Below are positions 12,111 through 29,987 of a DNA stretch of 32,676 nucleotides, piece after piece. Numbering within the stretch: position 1 is the first letter of the stretch; each line of letters opens with the position of its first letter. Source of the stretch: Macrostomum lignano (Eukaryota); NCBI GenBank assembly GCA_002269645.1, contig NIVC01004872.1, positions 1 to 32,676 on the forward strand, written 5' to 3'. Made by a program: the position numbers and the translations under genes. The notes beneath the pieces were generated by a model that was not told the origin of the DNA, ran no database searches, and saw only the letters and a program-made list of their open reading frames with translations.

Positions 12111-13517
12111 CAGGGGCCAATTTCATAAAGAAGCTACAAATGACACGTGACGAGCGTCAACGATTTTGGTCTCATAAATATGGGATCTTTATACGAGTAT
12201 TAACGGCGCCCTCTGAATTTCCCATTAACGCCCTTGAAGCAGGGTATTACTATTATTGTGCCATAGACATTTGTGTCCTTGACAAAGTGGGACAAAATTA
12301 GCGGGCAGTTAATGATATTAACTGCCCGCTAATTTGCATTAGAGTAAGTTTGAAATAGACAATCTGGCGTTAAACGTCATTAACTGCCCGCTAATTTGCA
12401 TTAAAGTAAGTGTGACTCCTGCAAGCGGGCTTAAATGTAGTCTATTGCATTAAAAGGCAAGAATAAGTGGCCAGCGGGCACAAAGGTCATGGTACAATGA
12501 TATTAACTGCCCGCTAATTTGCATTAGAGTAAGTTTGAAATAGACAATCGGGCGTTAAATGTCAAAACGGCGTGTTAAACGGCGCCCTCTGATTTTCCCA
12601 TTAACGCCCTTAAAGCATGGGTATTAATGTACTATTAACTGCCCGCTAATTTGCATTAAAGAAGTGTGACTCCTGCAAGCGGGCTTAAATGTAGTTTATG
12701 GCATTAAAAGGCAAGATTAAGTGCCCAGCGGGCACAAAGGTCATGGTACAATATTATTGTGCCATAGACATTTGTGTCCTTGACAAAGTGGGACAGAATA
12801 ATCGGGCGTTAAATGTCATTAACTGCCCGCTAATTTGCATTAAAGTAATACATGTACGTGGCATTATATTTTAAACCACTTTAAAGCTCACTTTCAGGGA
12901 GGTTATTGACATAGATTTTATTTTGCAGGATTTAATCGATCACTTTCCTGGACATATTGCAAGGATTATTGTATGTATCTAAATAAGCGAGCTTCTCTCT
13001 TCTCTTCCTTCGTGACTCGAGAAATTTCTTAATGAAATTTTGTCTATGTTAAGAATGTGGGGGCTTCGCCTCCACACCCCCATCCCCAACTTCAACCATA
13101 GACATACAAGTATGGCTCCGGGATTTATCTGAATGCATCCCGCAAAATTAAAGTAGTTTAAATAAGATATTCTATGTGATTAAATACTGGTAGAAGTTAA
13201 ATGAAATACCGACCTCAAACCCATAGAATATCTTATACATATTAGGAAGGCAATACTGAAAGCTACAAGTGTGGCCAGCCGCGACTTGTCAAAGCACATG
13301 ACAAGAGGAAGTATTTTAACACAAAGGCGTCCATTTTAGTGCATGTCTATGGAACAAACCCCTGAAAAAGCGCTTATAATTTGTTAAATTTCGCTTGCCA
13401 CCTGTCACTTGTCGAATTGTCAAGTTGGACCCGTTTTTTATGAAACGCATTATTTTGCAGAATTGCCACTTTTCACTTGTAATTCGTCCGACAAGTGCTT
13501 TATGAAATGGGCCCCTG
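12111..13517. mobile_element. Non-autonomous TIR DNA element (1.4 kb), superfamily unresolved (Harbinger/Kolobok-like ends)
   Basis: 20-bp TIR with 1 mismatch: CAGGGGCCAATTTCATAAAG (12111-12130) and CTTTATGAAATGGGCCCCTG (13498-13517). No identical TSD is visible and there is no ORF. Interior 12200-12850 is a mosaic of repeated modules. Confidence 0.7.
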
Positions 13518-14253
13518 AAGTCTAATAAATAAATTGCTATAGAACTCCAGCATTCGAGTGCAAATTCATATGGACTTTATGAGATCATGTGATTCGGCAG
13601 TTGTACCAATATATCATTGCATTAATATATCATACCGGAGAACAGTGATTGACAGTTGAGCAAGCCTTAGAGAGGGGATTAATGCTTCTCAGTGATGCAT
13701 ACATCTTTCGTAATATCTGAAAGTTGCTGGTACACTATGTGCGCTGAATGGCGAAAAAAATTCAAAGACAATTCAATTGTCTGTCAAAATTTTGCTGCGA
13801 GCATTTTCTAGATGAATTTATCGTTCCAATAGGTTGAATAGCTAGACTGTTGAAAATGTATTCAGCGACAGTGAATCTCTTCAATAGCTTCTCGGGCACC
13901 GAGTGGCACGCTATTATGCACTGCATGCTTCTCGGCTAGAAGGCCTGAAGCCAGTACGAACCACGGTCCAATCAGGCGTCTCCCAACCAAGTCAGGCGCC
14001 CAAAATTCACCGTTACAAGTGGCCCAGCATCTCTGCTCCCGCTCACGCCCCCTGCGCCTGACTCTGTCACTGTTCTCCAGGCAAACTGTTGCTGACGGAA
14101 TCTTGCCCTTCAAGTTCGGTACTTTCTGACAGCACGACGGTAAGTTTTGGCTTGATTTCATTCGAGTGACCTGATCATATTTCTTTGCGTCGGATCCATT
14201 CCTTCCGAAGTTAGAACTTGTGCTCTTATTGCACTGCCAGAAATGATAAGATA

Positions 14254-14549
14254 GAATTGGTCTGACAGAATTGGTTTGACAGAATTTGTCTCACAGAATT
14301 GGTCCGACAGAATTGGTCTGACAGAATTGGTCTGACAGAATTGGTCTGACAGAATTGGTCCGACAGAATCAGTTTGACAAAACCGGTCTGACAGAATCGG
14401 TCAGACAGAACCGGTCTGACAGAATCGGTCTGACAGAATCAGTTTGACAAAACCGGTCTGACAGAATCGGTCAGACAGAACCGGTCTGACAGAATCGGTC
14501 AGACAGAACCGGTCTGACAGAATCGGTCAGACAGAACCGGTCTGACAGA
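14254..14549 (+). repeat. 14-bp minisatellite (GGTCTGACAGAAT[T/C] family)
   Basis: About 21 units such as TTGGTCTGACAGAA / CCGGTCTGACAGAA / TCGGTCAGACAGAA. Confidence 0.92.
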
Positions 14550-15367
14550 TTCGAACAAGCAGATGGACCGAATAAGATTCTACAGGCCAGAAACCACTCC
14601 GCAGAGAAAATGGCCCAGTTTATGTTAGAAATAAAAGCATTTGTCAATATTTGATCCAATAACTCATAAAGCGGCTGCGAACTTGCCTGCTGCATTTGCA
14701 GAATTGAAAATGGCATTATTTGCGCATGCATGTACGAGCGTTGCAAAGATTTAGCAATAAAAGCAGGAGTCCGATAGACTAAAATCGAATGCCATTGTAG
14801 CTGGATGGTGTTCACATCTCAAACGCTATTTTACTCGTTAGGTGATATCAGCTCAAGAGCCTTGATGCAGTGGATAAGCAAACAGAGCTGTGCCTGCCCC
14901 TGACATTCGCTTGCAATGAGGAGACGAAATTTAAAATCCCCTATGACCGGATCTAGCTTATTGCCGTCAAGGGCCGATCAAGATTTGTGATATGGCAGCA
15001 GATATGATGGAGACTCAAGCATCTGTCCTTAACCGGGCAGGCAACCCTGCAGCAAAGAGATTGTCACTGCTTTCAAATCTACCGATGAGGGGTAGAAGCT
15101 ATCGAGGTTGATGGAGCATGCTCGAACTGCAGCTAAAGTGAGTGGCCAGATGCACTTTAAGAGGCTGATCGATTCAGAAAAATGCCCATTATCCTTCAAT
15201 ATTTGCCTTCACCGAAATTCAATCAGTAACCGGGCGATCAGACGAGCTGCCCGACCCCGATGCTCGGAGACTGAATCCAGTTTTTGGCTTGCAGAGCCGC
15301 AAAATGCAATTTGCTGCATTCAAATTTCTTTGCAGCCGAATGTCATTCTTGGGGTATTGAGTTATGA

Positions 15368-15570
15368 CAGGGGTCGGCAAGGACATGCGGCCCGCGAAGC
15401 CTCTCTATCCGGCCCTCGGGTCCTTTGAAACTTCATAATAGCAATCCGGCCCGCTCAAGGCTTGTGTCTCTTCTCAGCTCTCTTCTCTCCTCTCGCTTCT
15501 CTCGCCTTTCCTCTCTCATCTACCATTCTCTCTCCTTTCCACTCTCATCTGGCCCGCACTGTGATCTTAG
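15368..15570 (+). mobile_element. hAT (Charlie/Tip100-like) 5' end fragment, copy 2
   Basis: Starts CAGGGGTCGGCAA followed by ATGCGGCCCGCG...ATCCGGCCC, a typical hAT terminal/subterminal motif set. It is homologous to the inverted copy at 10206-10548. No matching right TIR was found. Confidence 0.65.
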
Positions 15571-17405
15571 AAATTAAGAAATTAAGAAATTAAGACGTTA
15601 ATTAGAAATTAAGACATCCCTAAGCCTGTGATTTTAAGCCACCAAAGACTTAAATTGAAACTTCAAACCACCGCAGTTGCATTAAGCTTCTACCTATCGC
15701 CTCAGTACAGATCCTGAAATACTGACACTGAGAGCATTCACGGACACCCAAAATTTCCTTTCTCTTAATTTCTAGCCCCGCGCGGCAGCCCGCAAATCCG
15801 TTCATTATCTGTGAATGTTGTACGGCTGAGCACTGTTTGAGCTGCATGCAGCACGGGTTTGTTGGCTGAAGAGTGGAATATCGTTAATGGCTCTGTTAGG
15901 CCTCTGCTGGGCCTGCTCTGCTCTCACTCAGACTCTCCTCGCATGCCTAATGGCATCTCAGCCCTACATTGTACGGAAATAACAATGCCAGCTCGTAGAT
16001 CAACCCAACGCCTCGTCCTGTAGCTCTCAGGCATTTTATCAATAGAGAACAGGGCACACTTGGTGTAGGCAGGAAATTTATGGCTATAAGAAAGCCACAC
16101 CTGGCCTCTAACGTGCCCCTTCCAGAAACTTAAGCACCCATTAGCCATTGTTAATTTGGCAATAATGGGACACCTATTCTTTATAGATGAAGCCGATTAA
16201 GTCAATATCGCCACCAGTCAATGTCCGAAAGAATTCCTGTCACGTTGAAAGCATTTGCATGGCAAAATGACTTTTTTTCTGATCGAGCAAGGAAAACCCG
16301 CGCGAACAGATGAGCGGCGGCAACTCAGGCTCTTCGTCAGCTCTTGCTGCACACTTGAGTCTAAAAATTTCACTTCCATAGCCAGGCCTGTGGCGGCATG
16401 CCAAGGCGCTGAGAGCATCGATTTTTTGTCTCTTTCACCTTTCCCCTCTCATTTCTGCCAACAATTTTGAGGGGACGAACTCCCTGACTGAAACAATGAG
16501 GCTGCCATCTGTTTGTTAGGTGGCAGATGGGGCGGGAGAAGCTGCACTGTAGCCCTCCCCCAAATCTTCTCAAACAGTCCCGAGCGTTTCCTTTCTCCGC
16601 CTCGCATGCAAACAGGGACAGCCGCAGTGAAAGTTTCTCCCAGCCTCCTTGGGCTTCATCTCGGGGCCTAGTGAGGATACTCAGACTCCGCCTCGGCAGC
16701 AGCAGGAAGGAAACGCAAAGAGGCTGCAGAAGACAGAGCGAAGTAGGCGTGGAAACTAACTAAGAAAACATTTCTGCTTAACGTCTCGGCTTGGTTTTGC
16801 TCCTACTCGAGTCTTACATGGCCGAATTAAGATTCAAAACAGGCAGTGATCGCTTAGAGAGACCTCAGCAGAGCACTGCGAACTCTGCTTGCCAATGATC
16901 TGTATAGCCAAGTGACTGCTTGATTAGTGCCCTGGGTTCATCCGGGATCTCTTCTGCATTGCCACCTCCTTACCTCTTGCAGAAGGCAGCAACAGCTGGT
17001 AGGGGACCCGCGGCAGAAGGCATGCAGCATGAAAATCAACGGGTTAGCAGTTTGAGGGGCCACTCGTAGCGGCCTTAGAACGGAATGTGTTAAGTCCATG
17101 CCAGGCGCCTAAATTACTAGGTAGGCGGGGCGAGTCTGGGGCGCACTGAACTGGCAATAGTAGCAATGGTGATGAAGACTACCGCGGAGACTGTGAGCGC
17201 AAACGCATAAATCAGATCACTGCTTTTCGTCGCACGTTCTTCCCAATCATATTTTCTAGCCTTGGCACTTCTTCCTCTTCAGTTTGAGGACTCGTCGCCG
17301 GTTGCTCCATCAGGTTCCTCGCAGCCTCTGCAAGTTCATCTCAAGGGAGTTTGCTCTTCCACCCCAGCCTTCTGAAGTGCTCCCCGAACTGCGAAACCGG
17401 CGGCG

Positions 17406-24681
<7,276 letters not shown>

Positions 24682-24690
<9 letters not shown>

Positions 24691-24751
24691 GCGGCGAGTT
24701 CTGAGCGGGGAGTTCTGAGCAGGGAGTTCTGAGCGGGGAGTTCTGAGCGGG
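24682..24751 (+). repeat. 14-bp tandem repeat overlapping the putative P2X stop codon
   Basis: 5 copies of GAGTTCTGAGC[G/A]G[G/C]. The first copy supplies GAG TTC TGA (E F stop). Confidence 0.85.
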
Positions 24752-25892
24752 GACAGCTCGAGTGCATGTAGAGGGCCGCGAAATCATGCAAAACTTCACT
24801 TGAAGGCTGGTTTTCGCTGCAGAAAAACAAAAGTTTTCAGTTTTATCAGCACAAATAATTATCCATACTTCACTTTCCGAACTGCCGCATTGCAAATGAA
24901 GCAATTTAAATTTTTTTGTCAAGCCTTTCGAAATTTCAAGATTTGCAGCAAGTCCTGCATGTCCGAGACAGCCTACTGACCGGAGAGGCCAGTAGTAGGC
25001 TCGTAGGCGTGGAGTATTAAAACCAGAATCACGTGATTTCGGCTTGGCTAGTAGAATTAAAGGACACGGATGTACTTACTTTCGATTTCGTATCATCTAT
25101 AAAATCTTATTTTCGTCGCAGCTAAAGGCCCAAAGATTTGTGTTTGTCTGGCATCTCACGCCGAAGATGTGTTTTGTGTGCCCCCATATTAAATTGAATT
25201 GTAATTTCTATGAAGTAAGATTCTTTGACTTTGTCAGAAAAACTCTTTCTGATATAAACAGTTGAGTTGGATCATTTTTATCGTGTTCTTATCGTGTAGA
25301 AAACACTACTAATTGTCAGTAGTCTATGCCTATTGTAAAACTGTTATAATTATTCTGTCAACTGCACTGCCCAATCGTCTATTGTTGTTTCAATGTATTA
25401 CAAAAGCGTTTAGCCATTCATCCCAACTTCTGTTCCCACATTGTCACTACAAAAATTCTTGATTACTGTATATTATTTCTTCTATTTTGAGATAATAAGT
25501 CATTTTCATCGCACTATAAATTGCCGCATCCATTGCATTCATCTACGCATTGAAATAAAGATTTTAGTTAAAAAGTTTTCCATTGTTTACATGTTTGAGT
25601 AACAGGCAGCGACATGCTGCATTGAGTGACAGGTTTTGTTGACTGATAGGTAGCATTGAATCACAGGTATCAATAAAGACTTCCACCAATGAACAACAAC
25701 ACTTCGAATTAAAGTGCAATAAGCAGACTGAAGTTGCTAGAATTTGCACTGGTAAAAACGATGCTAGCCTACTCAACAACAGACATGTTTTCATGCGGGT
25801 GGCACTGCTATAAAAAGTTATTTAGAATGAAATATGTGACAAAAAACAGAAAATTATAAAAATACAAAACACAAGTTAGGGGGAGACCCACC

Positions 25893-26830
25893 CTGATCCC
25901 ACTGCTTACACCTGTGATCCCACTGCTCACATCTCTGATCCCACTGCTCACATCTCTGATCCCACTGCTCACATCTCTGATCCCACTGCTCGGATCTCTG
26001 ATCCCACTGCTCACATCTTTGATCCCACTGCTCACATTTCTGATCCCACTGCTCACATCTCTGATCCCACTGCTCACATCTTTGATCCCACTGCTCACAT
26101 CTCTGATCCCACTGCTCACATCTCTGATCCCACTGCTCACATCTTTGATCCCACTGCTCACATCTCTGATCCCACTGCTCACATCTCTGATCCCACTGCT
26201 CACATCTCTGATCCCACTGCTCACATCTCTGATCCCACTGCTCACATCTCTGATCCCACTGCTCACATCTCTGATCCCACTGCTCACATCTCTGATCCCA
26301 CTGCTCACATCTCTGATCCCACTGCTCTCATCTCTGATCCCACTGCTCACATCTCTGATCCCACTGCTCACATCTCTGATCCTACTGCTCACATCTCTGA
26401 TCCCACTGCTCACATCTCTGATCCTACTGCTCACATCTCTGATCCCACTGCTCGCATCTCTTATCCTACTGCTCGAATCTCTGATCCCACTGCTCACATC
26501 TCTGATCCCACTGCTCGCATCTCTGATCCCACTGCTCACATCTCTGATCCTACTGCTCACATCTCTGATCCCACTGCTCGCATCTCTTATCCTACTGCTC
26601 GAATCTCTGATCCCACTGCTCACATCTCTGATCCTACTGCTCACATCTCTGATCCCACTGCTCACATCTCTGATCCTACTGCTCACATCTCTGATCCCAC
26701 TGCTCGCATCTCTTATCCTACTGCTCGAATCTCTGATCCCACTGCTCACATCTCTGATCCCACTGCTCGCATCTCTGATCCCACTGCTCACATCTCTGAT
26801 CCTACTGCTCACATCTCTGATCCCACTGCT
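25893..26830 (+). repeat. 21-bp satellite array downstream (3') of the GPCR
   Basis: About 44 units of TGATCCCACTGCTCACATCTC. It ends about 25 bp from the GPCR stop codon. Confidence 0.97.
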
Positions 26831-26855
26831 CGGCTCTCCACGCTCCTAAGCTAGT

Positions 26856-29800
26856 TCAAAGGTAATCAGCGACTGAGGCAGCCTCCATCCCCGCCTCCTT
26901 GGCGCAAGTCACCGGTGGCCCGGCAGTTGCCACCAGTCCTGAGCCGACCAACGGCAGCGAGACGCCGCCAGCGCAGTCCCCGCCGCAGTCGACGCGCCCA
27001 ACTCCACCGCCTGCATCGCCTCCAGGAGGTCGGCAGCGGCAGATCAGCCGGCGCAGGTCGTCGCGAAATCTCGCCGACGACGCTGAGTAGACGAAGAAGT
27101 TCATCAGCGAATCGGTGACGGACAGCACGTTGGTGACGATGTCCGGGTGGAACGGCAGCCACTTCAGCAGCTCCGGCCAGAGCCCCAGCGCCGTTGTGGA
27201 CACGAAGGTTGGAAACTCGAGCACGCAGAAGACGGCCGCCAGGCTGAGGACCATCCAGCTGGCTCGCTGGGAGGCCGCCTGACTTGACAGCCGCCTGTGC
27301 TGACACTTGGCGAGGCTGCGGCGGCTGCGGCGCAGCTGATGCCACATCACCGCGGTGGGCATCGGGATTAGCAGGGTCGGCACCAGAGACTGCGAGTTTC
27401 AGGGATTTATTGGGCTTTAGGCTTTGCCAGCAGTTCACCATTCTCATCATTTTTGGCTTTGTGGCAACTGATGGGATCAGTGATGAGCAGGGATAGGCAG
27501 CGGCGGGATCGGATGCCCAGTGCGGTGGGATCAGAGATGGGATTTGAGAGTGGTGGATCAGAGATGGGATTTGAGAGTGGTGGCATCAGACATGGGATTT
27601 GAGAGTGGTGGGATCAGAGATGGGATTTGAGAGTGGTGGGATCAGAGATGGGATTTGAGAGTGATCAGATCAGAGATGGGATTTGAGAGTGATCGGATCA
27701 GAGATGGGATTCGAGAGTGATGTGATCAGAGATAGGATTTGAGAGTGATCGGATTAGAGATGGTGGGATCAGAGATGGTGGGATCAGAGATGGTGGGATC
27801 AGAGATGGTGGGATCAGAGATGGTGGGATCAGAGATGGTGGGATCAGATCGAGATGGTGGGATCAGAGATGGTGGGATCAGAGATGGTGGGATCAGAGAT
27901 GGTGGGATCAGAGATGGTGGGATCAGATCGAGATGGTGGGATCAGAGATGGTGGGATCAGAGATGGTGGGATCAGAGATGGTGGGATCAGATCGAGATGA
28001 TGGGATCAGAGATGGTGGGATCAGAGATGGTGGGATCAGAGATGGTGGGATCAGAGATGGTGGGATCAGATCGAGATGATGGGATCAGAGATGATGGGAT
28101 CAGAGATGGTGGGATCAGAGATGGTGGGATCAGAGATGGTGGGATCAGAGATGGTGGGATCAGAGACGGTGGATCAGAGATGGTGGGATCAGAGATGGTG
28201 GGATCAGATCGAGATGGTGGGATCAGAGATGGTAGGATCAGAGATGGTGGGATCAGAGATGGTGGGATCAGAGATGGTGGGATCAGATCGAGATGGTGGG
28301 ATCAGAGATGGTAGGATCAGAGATGGTGGGATCAGAGATGGTGGGATCAGAGATGGTGGGATCAGAGATGGTGGGATCAGAGATGGTGGGATCAGAGACG
28401 GTGGGATCAGAGATGGTGGGATCAGAGATGGTGGGATCAGAGATGGTGGGATCAGAGATGGTGGGATCAGAGATGGTGGGATCAGAGATGGTGGGATCAG
28501 AGATGGTGGGATCAGAGATGGTGGGATCAGAGATGGTGGGATCAGAGATGGTGGGATCAGAGATGGTGGGATCAGAGATGGTGGGATCAGAGATGGTGGG
28601 ATCAGAGATGGTGGGATCAGAGATGGTGGGATCAGAGATGGTGGGATCAGAGATGGTGGGATCAGAGATGGTGGATCAGAGATGGTGGGATCAGAGATGG
28701 TGGGATCAGAGACGGTGGATCAGAGATGGTGGGATCAGAGATGGTGGGATCAGAGATGGTGGGATCAGAGATGGTGGGATCAGAGATGGTGGGATCAGAG
28801 ATGGTGGGATCAGAGATGGTGGGATCAGAGATGGTGGGATCAGAGATGGTGGGATCAGAGATGGTGGATCAGATCGAGATGGTGGGATCAGAGATGGTGG
28901 GATCAGAGATGGTGGGATCAGAGATGGTGGGATCAGAGATTGTGGGATAAGATCGAGATGGTGGGATCAGAGATGGTGGATCAGAGATGGTGGGATCAGA
29001 GATGGTGGGATCAGAGATTGTGGGATCAGAGATGGTGGGATCAGAGATGGTGGGATCAGAGATGGTAGGATCAGAGATGGTGGGATCAGAGATGGTGGGA
29101 TCAGATCGAGATGATGATCAGAGATGGTGGGATCAGAGATGGTGGGATCAGAGATGGTGGGATCAGAGATGGTGGGATCAGAGATGGTGGGATCAGAGAT
29201 GGTGGGATCAGAGATGGTGGGATCAGAGATGGTGGGATCAGAGATGGTGGGATCAGAGATGGTGGGATCAGATATAGGATATGGAAGATTTTACGAGGAG
29301 ATTCAGAGGATTCGAACTCGGACTCGCCTGGAAGGCGTACACCGCCCAACTCAGGGCCTGGTTGCGCAGTAGCGGCCGGGCCACTATGCTGTCAGGCTCT
29401 AGGTTGGTGCACAGGACGCCGGCCTCGGCGAGGTTGGCCGCCGCGGCCAGGCCGATCGCTAGCACCAGCGCCACGCCGAAGGCGGCGGCCAGGCGGCTCC
29501 GGTTGAACAGCAGGCAGCGTCTGACAGCCAGCGGCCGGGCAACCGCCTCGCAGCGGGCGGAGCAGATCAGCAGCACCGTCCAGTTGCGGGCCGACACCAG
29601 CGCGTTGATGGCAACGTGGACGCAGCTGGTGATGGCGAAGCTGGCGAGGGTGTGCCAGTGCTCGAGGCCGGTGCGCACGATGGCGACCTCGGCCAGCAGG
29701 GCACACTGCAGGCACACCTCGGTGCAGGAGATGTACAGCAGCGACAGGCGAACTGCGCGATTGTCGAAATGCTGTCTGGCAAAGATGTACAGAGCCAGGG

Positions 29801-29942
29801 AGTTGGCGACCAGCGCAGTGGCGGCGATGGGCGCTATGACCAGGCAGGTGGCCCGCTCAGTGTCCAGGTAGTCATGCTCGTGCTCGTCCAGCGTCCGGTT
29901 CAGCTCGGACTGGTTGCAGCGGTCGCGGAAATAATACAGCAT
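26856..29942 (-). CDS. Rhodopsin-class (7TM) orphan peptide-receptor-like GPCR, 382 aa, 2 exons, GC-AG intron
   Basis: Exon 1 29942-29328 ([17 protein letters not shown]... with N-glycosylation sequons NQS and NRT; TM1 [19 protein letters not shown]; TM2 [10 protein letters not shown]; TM3 [22 protein letters not shown]; TM4 [15 protein letters not shown]). It joins in phase 0 via CAG|GCGAGT ... CTCGCAG| to exon 2 27389-26856 (TM5 YAFQ|[16 protein letters not shown]; TM6 [15 protein letters not shown]; TM7 [14 protein letters not shown]; helix 8 RFRDDLRRL; TGA). Confidence 0.88.
27523..29272 (+). repeat. 15-bp satellite filling the GPCR intron
   Basis: About 100 units of GAGATGGTGGGATCA with 20-bp GATCAGATC variants, preceded by about 28-bp GGGATCAGAGATGGGATTTGAGAGTGGT units. 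It explains the MVGSE/DGGIR/WWDQR pseudo-ORFs. Confidence 0.97.
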
Positions 29943-29987
29943 GCCGAGCTGCTGGGGACGGTGCGTTGAGGACTTCTGCAGTGATCC

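Noticed and set aside
15900-16150. Possible tyrosine-recombinase (DIRS/Crypton) remnant on the minus strand (VLKFLEGAR*RP; LALLFPYNVGLRC)
   Set aside because: There are only two short, frame-discordant resemblances and no RHR/Y catalytic motifs. TBLASTN/HMM support would be needed.
24969-25001. Small hairpin AGCCTACTG...CAGTAGTAGGCT after P2X
   Set aside because: It is short and imperfect, within chance expectation for 32 kb.
25808-26849. 334-aa IRDVSSG and 311-aa IPLLTSL ORFs
   Set aside because: They are stop-free frames of the 21-bp satellite, with no independent coding signal.
27739-29506. MVGSE/DGGIR/WWDQR ORFs
   Set aside because: They are frames of the 15-bp intronic satellite.
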